A stretch of 64,000 nucleotides of DNA. Origin: Chrysomallon squamiferum. Taxonomy: Eukaryota > Animalia > Mollusca. A model generated the notes under the pieces. The model was not told the DNA's origin. It saw nothing but the letters and a program-made list of their open reading frames with translations, and ran no database searches. Position numbers and translations under genes: made by a program. Shown here one piece after another: positions 42,437-56,520 of the stretch (its first letter is position 1; each line of letters opens with the position of its first letter). The DNA lies in contig CM022676.1 in assembly GCA_012295275.1 (NCBI GenBank), positions 372,001 through 436,000 of the forward strand, written 5' to 3'.

Positions 42437-43100
42437 GTACATATTTAGACAATGTATTTTACTGTTACAGTAATTACATTTTTTTTTTTAAATCCCTATA
42501 AATAAACAATTAAAAATAGAAAGTTAAAAAAATAAAAAAATAAAAAAGTAAATAGATATTAATAAAATGAATTAAATGTATATAAGTGTTATTGCTAATA
42601 ATATTATATACAGTGCAGTGATGCCCAAACCAAAAAATACACAAACAATCAAAATCATGCATTCAAAAGACTATTAATGTCATGATACTTACCAAAGGTG
42701 CTCTGTTATTGATTTGTTTTAGATAGTGTAGTCATTTAAAATATTATTTTTTTGTACAGAAGAATTATGTTTTTAATTTTAATTAGTGTATGTGATGATA
42801 TTCTGATGTTAACAAAACACAGGACAATATTCTAAAAGTAGATAGTAAATTTACATGATTCATTTTATAACTATTTTCTGTTGTATTTCTATAACATATA
42901 TATAATTTTTAACTACTGTTTTATTGTTTGTTAGTATTAATACTAAATAAAAAATAAATAATATAATAATGTAAATGTATGAAGAATTTATTTAGAGTAT
43001 TTATTTCATACCACAAGATTCACTTTAATTAGTAATAACAACTATTAATCTATCTTCATTAGGAATCATTTTTATGATCAATATTAATTATATATTTCAG

Positions 43101-43403
43101 CTTTTACACCTGAGATAATGGTGGTAACAACCACTCTAATTGAGGGTAAAGTTTCTACAGTTGGATGCAAACTGCAGCATTTGTCAACATTTTACCTCCT
43201 AAAGCTCTACAGAGAAGATGAACCTGATAAACCTCAGAAGGTTAATGTGAAGTACTTTCAAAGCAACAAATGGTACATATCCAGCATAGTCTACACATTT
43301 GTCCCAACAAGAGAAATGAACAAAATACCCATGTTTAAGTTTACATGTGAAGTTAACTTGGAAAATAAAGTTATATCACATAGTGCTCAACTTGATGTCA
43401 AAA
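43101..43403 (+). CDS. IgSF gene E, D1 divergent N-terminal Ig-like domain
   Basis: tttcag| and |gtaagt, 303 bp; LIEGKVSTVGC..YTF.PTREMNKIP.FKFTC. Confidence 0.85.
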
Positions 43404-43779
43404 GTAAGTAAAGTGTTGTTTCATGTTGATGTAAAGGTGATGAAACATAGAGTTTAAACTAAATGTGGCCTGAGAAATGCTGGATTTGGTACACAAACAC
43501 ACACATATACTTTGATATATACACAGGCATGCTTGGTTGCATACAAATGCACACACTATGTAAATGTCATGATAATGATCAGTGATGCTTCCAGTGGATT
43601 AGTTTTTACATACTTGTATTGTTTAAAATATTTTTTTAAATGCTAGTATTTGTTATTATTGAGTGTTGTTTTTGTTTTATTGTTAATGACGAAAACATTA
43701 AATAATTGTTGGATTAGAATCAATTAATTGCTGTTGTTACAGTGTCATGTTAAATAACTGCTGGATTTGTTTCAAACAG

Positions 43780-44076
43780 TAATTCCAACTGATCCTAAGA
43801 TCCTGTCCTCAACTCTAGTAGAAGCTGGGAAGCCTTCAATTTTTAAATGTGAATCTAAAATGGGAAACCCACCAGCAGATCTCAGCTGGCGCATTGGTGA
43901 ACGTATGTACGAGGGTGAAGTAAAAGAAATATTTAGCAAGTATGAAACTGTAAGTGTTGTAAATACACTTAACACCACATTGAGTCCAGAAGACGATGGT
44001 AAGCTTCTTACCTGTGACTGGTCTTATGGCTTTGTTACAAAAAAGAAACAAGATGCCAAAAATTTAACTGTAGAAT
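43780..44076 (+). CDS. IgSF gene E, D2 C2-set Ig domain
   Basis: aaacag| and |gtgagt, 297 bp; CESKMGNPPADLSWR..PEDDG..TCDW. Confidence 0.9.
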
Positions 44077-44531
44077 GTGAGTACTGAGACATTTTATATT
44101 ATTTTTCAATTTTTTATGAAGTTATTTTATAATTTATTTTTGAAATTAAATATTTTATTTAATTAATTTATTAATTTATTTTTTGTAAATATATATGTAT
44201 ATATTTTTCTGTTTTGCATAATTTTAAAAATATATATATATATATATGGAGAAGGAGAGCACTGTAACTAAATAGTTTTATTTTTCACCCTTCTAAAATT
44301 GTGCTACTCCAAAGTTTAATTTATGTTGAATGGAAGATAGGCTATGCTAGCAAAAATCAGATTGCATATTTAAAATTTAAAAAATATATAAAATAAAAAT
44401 AAAAAACAATAATAACCAAACAAAAACCACTTTATCAGCTGTTTAAGCTTTTTTGAAATTGGATGTGATTGTTGTCACCCTTTATGAGATGAACAGTTCA
44501 TTCTTTAACATATATGCAGTTTAATTTGCAG

Positions 44532-44816
44532 ATGCTCCAGTTATTAAAACTGCCTCTTTAATGTACTATGTTGATGTAGGAAAAACTGTTACACTAGTAT
44601 GTAATGTGAAAGCTCATCCTAAAGCAGCCATAGCATGGACAAAGGATGGTGGTGGAATTAATAGAGATTCTGATAGATTTTCTGGTGGAAGTCAGTATTT
44701 CGAACCATCTTTAACAATAATCAGGACAAAGATATCTGATGGAGGGAAATACATATGCACTGCAATAAACAAAAAAGGAAAAACAAAGAGTGAACCAATT
44801 AATCTGACAGTGTTTT
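44532..44816 (+). CDS. IgSF gene E, D3 I-set Ig domain
   Basis: ttgcag| and |gtgagt, 285 bp; LVCNVKAHP..WTKDG..SDGGKYIC. Confidence 0.9.
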
Positions 44817-45511
44817 GTGAGTAAAATAAATCAGTAATAAGTATTTTAAATGATATTGCCTTTGTTACTTCAAGTTTTAGTTTAGAAATACAAATATAGT
44901 AAGTACAAACAGGTTATGTTATATTTGATATATATTAATTATTGTTATATAAATTATATTTAAAAGAAAAATTATTATTAATATATTACTGATTTTATGC
45001 TCCATCTCCTTCAGCTAAATAAGGCTGATTTGTGTTTTTTGTAAATGGTGTTGGAATTATATACATGAAAGACTTGCATGAAATCACAATACAGACATTT
45101 GACAGTACCTTACTGGGTTAATGACAGTACCTTTACTGCATTTCAGGGTCCTGCAGCATGGCAGTTTTATGACAAGCTTATAGGAGAGCTCTTTTGTGGG
45201 GGTTTTATTGTTATACTTTATAATTAACACAGAAATAAAAAGAAGCTAAAATACAGAAAAACCCACAGTAATTTGGAAATATGCAAGATATATTTTGCTG
45301 CTTGTCAAGGTTCCAGTATTGTGTCAGATCTAGATTCTGTTCTGCCTTTTTGATGTTGGTTATGCTCCAGCAAGATAAGATGACATCATGTTTGAATACT
45401 GGGCAGTAACTAGCTAATTCAGATAAGTCAAACAATAACTATTTGCTATAGGTAAATAAATCAGTTTGGTAATGCTAGGGATATGTAACTGAAATGTTCT
45501 TCAAATTATAG

Positions 45512-45793
45512 ATATACCTGAAGTGACTGTCAAACCCATAACTCTAATGGTCAAGAAATTCCAGAAAGCAAAACTGGAGTGTATAGTCTCTGCAAGTCCT
45601 CCAGTTAAAACTCTTAATTGGATTCAAATAAAATTAATGAGAAAGGTGATGGACACGTCTGTACGGATTCATGGTGGATCGTCTGTACTGATCCTTGATC
45701 CAGTGACTCCTGATGACATTGGTTACTATGTGTGTCAGGCAACAAATGATAAAGGAACATCAACGAGTAATAAAGTTTCTATCAGCTTCTTTT
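45512..45793 (+). CDS. IgSF gene E, D4 I-set Ig domain
   Basis: ttatag| and |gtaagt, 282 bp; LECIVSASPP..W..DDIGYYVC. Confidence 0.9.
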
Positions 45794-46530
45794 GTAAGTA
45801 TGTGCTGCATGAAATGACTGTTTAGCATTGTTACGTATTTTCTTTTTTGGAATACAACACAAAAATGTAATAAGAAACAAAACATCAACAGCAAAACCCC
45901 CTAAAAAAAAATTAACAACAACAAAAAATAAAATAATAATAAATAAATGATAATAATAATAAAAGAAATTCTGTTTCAACATTTCAAAATATGATTTTTC
46001 ATAATTTTATTTCTAAAATAATTTGTATTTATTATGTAATTAAAACAGGGGTAGATAAACCTAGGTTTGTATTTTATTACTGGAAGTTTAATTCAAATAT
46101 TATATATATAATGTACTGTATGCCATTACTGGATTATTCTGGAAAGGTCAGTTGCAGAAAATCAAACAGTAGTACTTGAATTCATTTTATATTAATGAAC
46201 ATCCCAAGGTTTGCAGAAAAGTATTACCCATTTGTATTTACATTTCCAAGTTCATGCATAGCTGAAGCTGTATTTAGCCATGTTGTTATATCTTCAAAAA
46301 AACCCTGAAATAAACTAAACCTGGTGGAAGGAAATTGGAAACTTGTGACTAAAATTAAAAAAAGATAAATCTAGTCTTTATTAAAACATTATGAATTTAA
46401 ACTGATAAATAATTAAAAGGAAAATTTAATTTAATTATTACTGCACAAGAACATTTTCAAATACAAATACTAATTCTGAAAATGACCATTCTAATGATAA
46501 AATCAATCTTTATAATATTTTTCACTGCAG

Positions 46531-46818
46531 ATCCTCCTATTATATCTTTGCCTAAGAAAAACTACGAATTTAAAGCATCATCTGTTGGTGAAATTACGTG
46601 TCATGTTGATGCTATTCCCGAAGTCACTAGTAGGAAATGGACTAAAGATGGAAAGACACTGACAATTGATTCTGGGAAGTACAGTATTTTGAGTGATGAC
46701 ACCAGTGAATCTTTGGTGATAGAAAATGTGCAACAAGCTGATGATGGGTCATATGTGTGTAGTGTCAAAAATCACGCAGGAAATGCAACCAGTGATGGAA
46801 TTACAATAAATGTCATCT
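46531..46818 (+). CDS. IgSF gene E, D5 I-set Ig domain
   Basis: ctgcag| and |gtaagt, 288 bp; PPIISLP..ITC..WTKDG..DDGSYVC. Confidence 0.9.
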
Positions 46819-48698
46819 GTAAGTAGCTCCTGTTTGCTGTAATATGACTAAAATACCTTTTTAGTAGCTAGTGGTGTTTTGTAAGTTTCCTCAGCTTTGT
46901 CTGCTTTTAGTTTAATGCTTGGTCTTAGTACTAATATAGTTTCTTTGTGATAAATGAATTCATCTATATTTTTACTAAAAACAGTTTGCCTTTCTTTATA
47001 AGAAACTGTAAGATCCAAATAAAATATATTTGAAGAGATGTTTTACGTTATTGTCACCTCCATTTTTATTTATTATTTGTCTTCTATTGATAGACAGTGT
47101 TGCATTTGAAAAGTTCATTTACAGTACACTGTGATTCTTAATACTTTGAAAGAGTATGTGAGTACTGTTGGAGTTCATAATAATTGATCAGTATTAGCTG
47201 GCCAACTCTAAGACAATCACCATTTCATTGACAATAGTTTCACTGAAAATGGCAGAATAAAAAACAATTTCGTCCCCTAAGTTACTATCGCACACTAAAT
47301 TTATACATTCACTCTATTGTAAAAATGAAATATGTTATTATATTTTTCATTAAAAATTAGATAATGTCTAGTGTTGAAATCAGTTTTTTTATGTTCCTAA
47401 ACTTTCAGAACTGCAGGAATTATTTAGGTTTTACTGCTTGACCGAATGTGGTGTGTTTACTGTGTTACCAGTTCATTTTAGCCAGTACAGTCAGTGTTAG
47501 TTATGCACATCAAATCTTTTTAAATGCTCACCAGGTGGCCTTGCAATCATCATTCAATACTGAGATGCTTGCTTTTGATCAGAGATTCATATTTTTTTTA
47601 TTCTTCACATTTTGGAAAAGACACATGTTAGTTGTATATTTCTTGTCTACACTTTAGTGATCCATTCATATACTTAGTATTTTGTTCTATTACATCACAA
47701 AGCAGGTTAGTTGTACCAAAATTTAAAACAAAAGATTGGGTGACAAAAAATCATATTACAAGATTGAGAAATTTAACACTCAAAAAAGTATCTACTAAGA
47801 TACAGTGTTACCATTTTGATAACTTATTATCGTTAGAAAAATTTAATATAAAAAATATTAGTCTTAATATTTTGTATTGTATCAGCTGCATAACATGCCA
47901 TAAACTGTATAAAATTTTGATTATATGGAAAACTGGATATTTAAGTAATTTTGCAGAAAGATGGTAACTTTTTTGACAAAATATTTTAAATTATTAGCTA
48001 CCAGTGTGAAATACATCATTATTATTATTATTACATCACAGATTTTTGTAGATATTGGAAGTATAGTTTTCATCACGTTATTAGTCTCTCTACAAAATGT
48101 GCAGAGTGATTGCAGGAAACAGGTAGAAACAAACCGTTCATTTCTTAGAGGATTCAAGCCTTGTAATAATATGTAACATAATATTTATATGCATATTAGT
48201 ATTAGAAGTGTGCAGACCAGTAAAATTATATTTTATAACTTAATTGATCAGTATTTAGTTTTCAGGCTATAAATGGTAATAAATTAGAAACATATTTTGC
48301 CAGTCTATGCACATTTCAAATATGCCACACTGAACTATAAAGATTTTAATTGTTAAAATATTGGCACCTTTCTAACTTATAATTCAATATAAATCAATGT
48401 TGAAATTTATTAATTCTTTTTTTGTTTGTATTTATTTATTATTATTATTATTTTTTAAAATAAAAATATAATTAAATAACTGATGGCATAACAAATATTC
48501 TGATCTAGCACAAACAAAGAAGATGCCATCATGTTGCCAGTGTCTAGGGTTGTAGGTGTTCAGAGACAGATCAGTAAATTCAAACTGAGACAATCATTTA
48601 TTATCATGATGGCATATTTTATTGAGTAGATAAATCACATTCAACAACAGTATAGCTTAATTTACAAACATATTAAATTTTGTAATCATGCACTAGAA

Positions 48699-49012
48699 CG
48701 GGTTTTCAAACTGTGGTCCGCGGACCACAGGGGTTCCGCAAGTACAAGACGGGGTCCATGGACAGCGAATACTTTTTATGGGCAGTTTGATTTTTAATCG
48801 AAATCTTTTTTCTTATATTTGTAAATGTGAGCGCATGAAATAACAGGTAAATAATTTTGTAATATATCCTAATATATCCTAAATAAATGTAAAAATATAT
48901 GTTATTTTAAGCAAATATTTATTATAAATTTCATAAGCGTTTATAAGGGGGTCCCTAAGGTAAAGCCTGAAATATAAAGGGGTCCACAAGTTAAAAAGTT
49001 TGAAAACCCCTG
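48699..49012. mobile_element. hAT-type non-autonomous MITE in a gene E intron
   Basis: TIRs cgggttttcaaact / agtttgaaaacccctg; perfect 8-bp TSD cactagaa. Confidence 0.85.
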
Positions 49013-50468
49013 CACTAGAAAATAAAAACAAACTAAATTATTTTTGGGAAACTTAATTTAAATTATAGAATTAGACAATTGAATCCTAATTAAAGATGGA
49101 ATTGGTTACGGGGGAATCCGGATAATTATGTTAATATAAGTTTTAAGTTATGTTTTATGTTGATATCAAACAAACACACTGTTAATGACACATATTACAG
49201 TGCATAATGACGGTACCAAAACAATGAAGAAAAGTATCTTACCAGATCTCACTACCAAATGCTAATCAAAGCAGGGCGAACATTTCAAGATTCCCTATAG
49301 TGACCTCTGTTTTCATCAAGTGCTCCTTTGTCAAATGTTCTTCCACAGATCTGGACTTTTCCTTGCTGCCCTTATAAATTAGATTCCTCTGGATGTCAGT
49401 GAAAACTGCACCATCAAAGAAAATAGAAGCCACCCTAATCTGACACATTTTTTTAAATGCTTATTGCACAAAATTAGCCATATCCTGGCCACAAATTATC
49501 TCTAATTAGTTATAAAATGGTATTATGGATGGTAAAATACAAATTAAATTATTTATTTATATCAGCATTCAAAGGCAGTTTATTCACTTATTCTAATTAT
49601 TAATATATATTTTTGGGTATTTTTTGTTGCTTGTATTTTCTCTGTTCATATATAGAGACTAGACAATCTCAAGATCAATGACATACAAAAATTATGACCA
49701 TAACAAGATTATTTGTGAGATATTTGTTAAAATACAGCTTTGTCTTGCTACATAATACCATTTTCACATGCAAAGGGACCCCTTTTCTGTAATTTTTTTA
49801 CCTCTTAAATTTTCCAACAAATACATAGAGTGAGATGTTTATTATTGAGGTTGACTTAGTGGACTCTATTTCCTGCTGGTTACCATTTTTAACAAACTCA
49901 TCTTCAAAATTAAAATAGTTGACAGAGTGCAAAATCATTATTTCAAGTCCAGAAATTCATTTTGAATAAACCTGGCAAATAACAGATAACTTGTTTTATT
50001 TATTTATTTTTGTTTTGAAACATTGAATCTCAGTATTTCCTTTTTGTATGGAATGACCGAAAAATACAGACAAATTTACCTGCAGTAATAAAAATAATGT
50101 GTAAACATGTTTTATGGTTTATAATTGAATGATATTTTTCTAGAAAAAAAATACTGATATTTTAACTTGCTAATTAAGACTGCTGATTCTACCAGACCAG
50201 TTTCTTTTATTCTTCTGAAATTATTAAATACAATGCTCAGTGGGGTTGTTATTTTCTTGTCACATGTTATTGTTAACAAAAGTAACTGCTCTCCATAGAA
50301 CCATATTCAGTCTGTTTGTTAGGTCTACGCACAATACAGTTTATGCTTTCAGTAAGATACTAAATCTAGTCCATTGGTTTTTAAGATCCAAGAATGCAAG
50401 GAAGAACAAAGTTTGAGAACAGAGTATAAAATAAAAAAATATATATATATAGTTTCTTTAAATTATAG

Positions 50469-50762
50469 ATATACCACACTTGACTATCCAACCCGATATT
50501 ATAAGAGTTGGGAAATTACAGAAAGCAACACTGAAATGTAAGATCTCTGCAAATCCTCCAATTAAAAGTCTGAGATGGATTCAAATAAAAGTAAAGAAAA
50601 ATGTGTTGGACCTGTCTGGACAGTTTAGTGGTGGATCTTTAAAAAGTCCGTCTGTTCTGATCATTGATCCAGTGACTCCAGATGACATTGGTCAATATGT
50701 GTGTGAGGCAACAAATAATCTAGGAACATCAACGAGTAACAATGCTTCTCTCATTTACTTTT
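50469..50762 (+). CDS. IgSF gene E, D6 I-set Ig domain (duplicate of D4)
   Basis: ttatag| and |gtaagt, 294 bp; shares WIQIK, DPVTPDDIG and GTSTSN with D4. Confidence 0.9.
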
Positions 50763-51081
50763 GTAAGTGCATATTGCATGAGATAGCATTAATTTATGTT
50801 TTAAATATAGGAAATTATGCGGTCCACAGTGATAGAGTCATTACTGGTTACTGCAGTCAGAAGAGAGTTGACAGAAACTTGTATTAATAATGATTAATCA
50901 CATGGACATAAACAACACATTTAAAAAAATCCAAATTAGCCAGTTTTTGTTAGTTTTGAAATATGCACATAAACAACACATTTAAAAAAATGCAAATTGC
51001 CAGTTTATGTTAGTTTTACCTACAGTTAAAACAAATCAGTTAATTTGTTTATTATGAGCAAAGTATTTTCTTTCATTGCAG

Positions 51082-51369
51082 ATGCTCCCATTATATCTTT
51101 GCCTTTAACAAAATACATATTACATGAAGGAACTCCCGATAAAATTACCTGTGGTATTGATGCAAGTCCTGTAATTACATATAGCATGTGGTATCATAAT
51201 GGTGTGTCTGTGAAATCAGACACTGGGAGATACAGTCTTTTATCTAGTAAAACCAGTGAAACATTGTTGATAAAACATGTGACTGAAGCTGATAATGGGA
51301 CCTTTGTGTGTAATGTAGGAAATGAAGCAGGAAATACAACTAGCAAAGAAATCATAGTAGAAGTCTTCA
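51082..51369 (+). CDS. IgSF gene E, D7 I-set Ig domain (D5 type)
   Basis: ttgcag| and |gtaagt, 288 bp; APIISLP..ITC..W..DNGTFVC. Confidence 0.9.
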
Positions 51370-52696
51370 GTAAGTAAAAAGTCAAAAACAAATGTTCTAC
51401 TCCTCAACAGAAAGCAGGAAGCTAAACTGTGTAGAATAACGTAATCTACACAATTTTGATTCTTGCTTTTTTATCAACGATAAACTTGATTATAAAAGAG
51501 AATTGAAGATTACAAAAGAGAATTGAATCTGATCATGTTTGTTATTTTGTTGCTGGTTTGATTTGTAAAGTGTTGAGCGATTATGGTGACACTGGTTATT
51601 TCTTTCAGGATCGTATTCAGGTAAGTATTAATATTCTAATTATTTCAGGAGGTTTGCTTGCTTACATTCAGAAATAACCCATGGAAGACATTTGGATCAT
51701 CTCTAAACTGCACAGTGACACCTTTATCTTTCACATATTGTAACATCTGTAGGATTATAATGAAAAACCTACTCTTTTTATTCTTTTCTTAAGCATGCCA
51801 AAGTGTTTTAATAGATACTTAATTTTGCCTGGAATAACAGCATAGCATAAATACAGAATAAAGTTAGGAAAAAAGTAGTTTCTATAGTAAAATGATATGG
51901 TATGAAATCAAAGCCTGTCCTTTTGTGTTACATGCTACATGTTCTTACAAGAAAGGAAAAGAGGTAGAGAGTTCAGAAATAAACATTTTCTGTTAGAAGT
52001 ATCGAAGAGGAAGCAAGTTTACTGGCTGCTTGATGAATAAAAGAACAAAAAGTAAAACTTATAAATTGGTATGCAGCGCAATATTTGGATAGTTATAGTT
52101 CTCTTGATCATTACCAGTATTGTTTATAAGCATCATTATTGTTTGATAATTTGTTGGCAGAATGGTAAAGCAAAACAGTAACCAAACATGGTAATAGTAG
52201 CAGCTTCACTATTGGATCCAACATAAAATACAAATAAGGAGATAATTAAGAGATACATTGTAAATTGCAAATAGAGATAGCAACAGATCTAAATTATAAA
52301 ATTGCTTGAACCAAGAACATGACTGATAAGACACTTTCCATTTGTCTACCCTTTGCTGAATGTGATAAAGAAATTAACAATAAAAAAAATGAAACTCCAG
52401 CACTAATGATACCAATCTCAGGCTCACCATGTTTTAAACTGAATTCACTGCTACAGAAAGACACAGTTCTACTGTGTGTGTGTGTGTGTGTGAACTTAAT
52501 TTTTTTTTGTGACAGCTAATGATTTTATAAGTTACTTGATATATTTGACTTTTTATTATATTTACTTGATTTAACTTTTTCTTGCATGATATATTTGAAT
52601 TTATATGATACTTTATTTTTTTCAGTATCTCAGTAATTGTATTTAACATTACATTTTACTGAGCTTCTTATCATATATGCTGTTTGAAATCTGCAG

Positions 52697-52987
52697 CTTT
52701 ACCCAAAGTCAAAGTTTTACCTGCGTTTCTGGTTGTCAATGAGGCTGAAAATGCAACAGTAGTCTGCATCATCAAAGCCAATCCTCCTGCATTGTATATG
52801 GCATGGCTTTACAGCAGTGGAAATAAGTCAGAGCATTTACAAATGAAAGGTCGTTACTCTGGTGGAACCATTGAAGAGCCATCTCTAACTATTTCTCAAG
52901 TGAACTCAAATGATTCGGGGACTTACACGTGTGAGGGTAGCAGTATAGAAGGCAGAGGATATGATAGCATGTTAATAAGAGTCAACT
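52697..52987 (+). CDS. IgSF gene E, D8 I-set Ig domain (B-D6 type); last recognisable exon
   Basis: ctgcag| and |gtgagt, 291 bp; VVCIIKANPP..W..RYSGGT..DSGTYTC. Confidence 0.9.
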
Positions 52988-53449
52988 GTGAGTTACATTT
53001 TATTATTATTATTTAATTATTTAATTTTTTTATTATTATTTTGTTTGTTTAGCTTGAAAATCCATTATTCAAAATCCCAAACTCCTCCAAACATAAATAA
53101 ATAAAGAGTGAAAGAGACAAATAACATAAAATAAAACGAACAATATTTCATTATAATCAAGTATATAATTATTCAGCAGTATAATTAAAATATTTTTATA
53201 ATTGCTGCAAAGTTCATTTTCCTTTCAAATAAACTCTAAATACTATTTATGGTGTGTCTCTAAGGCCTTTGGATAAGGGAACTTTTTATATTAGTAACAG
53301 TATGTTGGTGAAACGTGTAATTCTTGTCATTATTATATTTTTAGGAACATTGAACCATTTGTTTGTTTTATTATTTTTATTTATTTATTTGTTTTTCTTG
53401 TTTCTTTATTAATATTCTGTGATTTTTTTTTAATTATTCAGATTAGAAA

Positions 53450-54420
53450 TACTGAATCATTGTGTTTATCATTATTTGTGTTAGTAATATCAATTATATT
53501 TATCATTATTTCATGTTTGTTGGTGAATCATTTTATTACTATTTTTTCTTAGTAAAATTGAATCATTCGTATTACTGTTTTGTGTTAGTAATATTGAATT
53601 GTTTTCATTGCTGTTACATATTAGTAATACTGAATAATTTTTATTACTGTTTCATTAGTAACTGATTGAATCATTATATTTATTATTTTACATAATAGTA
53701 ACACCAAATAATTATATTTATCATTGTTTCATATTAGTAACAGCTGGCGAATCATTATATTTTGTATTAGTTGTTGAATAATTATATTTATTATTATTTC
53801 ACATTAATAACAGCTGGTGAATCATTTTATATTGGTAGCATTGAATCATTATATTTTGTATTAGTTGGTGAATAATTACATTTACCCTATTTCATATTAG
53901 TATCAGTTGGTGAATCATTTTACATTAATATTTTATATTAGTAACATTGAATCATTATATTTTGTATTGGTGAATAATTATATTTATCATTATTTCATAT
54001 AAGTAATAGCTGGTGAATCATTTTATATTAGTAACACTGAATCATTATATTTTGTATTAGTTGGTGAATAATTATATTTATAATTATTTCATATTTGTAT
54101 AACTGAATCATTTTTATTATGGTTTGATATTAGTAACACTGATTTGTTTTTGTTATTTCAATTATATTTATCATTATTTCAAATTAATAGCAACTGGTAA
54201 ATAATTTTTTGTTATTATTTTATATTGAACAGTTGGTGAATCATTTTATATTAGTAATCATTAGTAAAATTATTATTTTATATTAGTAATAGTTTGTAAA
54301 TCATTTTATTATTAATAATGTTAGCAATATTGAATAATTGTTTAATTGTATTATATTAATAATATTTAATCATTGTTTACAAGTATTCATGTTGGTAACA
54401 ATTTGTGAATCATTAGGTTT
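53450..54420. repeat. Degenerate AT-rich tandem repeat
   Basis: Recurrent atattagtaacagctggtgaatcatt-like units. Confidence 0.7.
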
Positions 54421-56069
54421 ATTCAGGAAATAATTATTTCTTTGTTGATAATATTATGTGAAAATAAATACAAGAGAAATAACCGGATGCGTGTGTGAAG
54501 TAACAGTACAGATCTTTTGGCTGATTCATTGTGAAAATATAAAAACTAATATTACTAACAACCATTCAAATGTTTAGTTTATTTATTATTATTATTTTTT
54601 ATTTTAATATCTTTTCAACTTTGAGTCTCCTTACATACTGCAGCATGATAATATGCTGTCATTATTAGCTGATAATCTCACTGTATGCTACTTAACATTT
54701 TCAGTTGAATTCATCTCCAAAAATGGTAGGTAAACATAAATAATTATATAATATTAAATATAGCGTGTTTGTGTGTGCATATATACATGTGAAACTGTGC
54801 AGTATTGACCATTAGTTTTTTGAAAAAAACATTTTATTTTTCAGTTTCATATATTGGATTAGTTATATGAAAATATACAGAATGTTGTTTTGCTGTTCAT
54901 TTCAAATCAGTGATTCAGGAACACTGTAACATCATCCATTGTTTTTGCCTATAATGAATATTCTGTCTAAATTTGTAGAAATTTTTAGCAGAATCAGAAA
55001 GAAGAAGAACAAATAAGGATTATGACCAATGACGATGATGATGATGATAATTTAAAATGCAGAAGTTCTGTGAATTTCTGATATGAATAAAATCAATAAT
55101 AGTTGGGGGAAATGTAATAATATTGATAATAATGATAATGATGATGATGACTTAAAATGTAGAAATTCTCTGAATTCTGTGAATTTCTGATAAAGAGTGA
55201 AAACAATAATAGCACGTGGTGGTGGAAAACAAATTAAAATTCCAAGAACTTTTGTCTCACAGGTTAAAATAACTCTAGAATAAACATTTACTGCCCTGGC
55301 TTTAACCACACGTTTCACACTTTTATCTTGAAAGAAAGAAATGGTAACTATTTTATTTCTGTTTATCTTTACCAAATAAATAAATAAATATTTTTTTTTT
55401 ATAAACTGACACATTGCAGAGCAATCTGCCTGTAAGGACAGTTGAGATCGTAATGAAAAAATCTCGATATTTGCCAATCTTTATTGGTGTAATTTTATTG
55501 TAAATTACACGAAGCAGACAGTTTCAGTTATCATGCAAGATAAACATTTTAGATACAGAACTTTTAAAAATAATGTTAACTACTTGATTTCTGTTGTTTG
55601 ATAAAATTTCACCTTAAAACGACTAAAGAGGTACCTTTTAGCTCCTTGTTAAGAATTCTGTAGCCATTGTTTTAATAAATACACCATTTATCACCCATCC
55701 CGTTATTTATATATGTACTTAAGTACTGTCAAATTCCTTTGTTTGTATTGTATTAAATACACAATTATATTAATTAATACTGTAATTGATAGGGCATCCC
55801 GTTTTTGTTCTATTTGAAATACACCATTCAGTTATTTAATCTGTAATTGATACGACATCCCATTGTCTGTTCTATATTAAAGACACCATTCCGTTATTTA
55901 CACTATCATTGATAGCATCTTCCGACTTGATCTAATAATAAATTCAGTAGGAATTAAAAATGAGAATTATGTAATACTAATAGGCAATTAGACTGCAGGT
56001 AATTTCAAAACCTCATTTCAAACCGTTGCAGTGACGTCCAGTCACACATTCTCAGTCTAGTCCAGTGGC

Positions 56070-56520
56070 ATCTTCTTCATAGTGGAGAGTCAGACCAATA
56101 CGCTGAATCTTTTCCATTGAGCTTGGGCATATTAGGAAAAGCATCTCTGTATCTGGATCTCCTCGAACACTTTAGTTGCATCATTGGTGACAGCTTTCTC
56201 AAAGTCGATCTGGAAAATCTGTGAATTCAGGTTGACATTGTTTCTTTCTGCTTCATTCTTCAACAGCTGAAAGGCTGATGCATACCTAGTTCGAGCCTTG
56301 TTTCGAAGGAGCCTGTACGTGATAACTTGGACTGCTGCAGGAAGAGTCGTAGGGATGAATAGAAGGTGCTGTCAGCATTACACCAATGATCCTTGTTGTT
56401 GGTGGTAACAAAAATAGGAGTACGTCTGTCTCTCCATAGGTAGCTTGCCGAAATTGTTCGCCGAAATCTGTTCACCCCGTAATGCAACTTAGCGTCCACA
56501 GTCTCTGAATGCAACTTGGA
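56070..56520 (-). mobile_element. MULE/Mutator-like transposase relic
   Basis: WCNADSTF then YRLLRNKARTRYASAFQLLK..IFQIDFEKAVTNDATKVF..RCFS*YAQAQWKR matches the MULE DDE-domain pattern (DGTF..DFE.A..N...VF....C.FH..Q..W); stop and frameshift. Confidence 0.8.
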
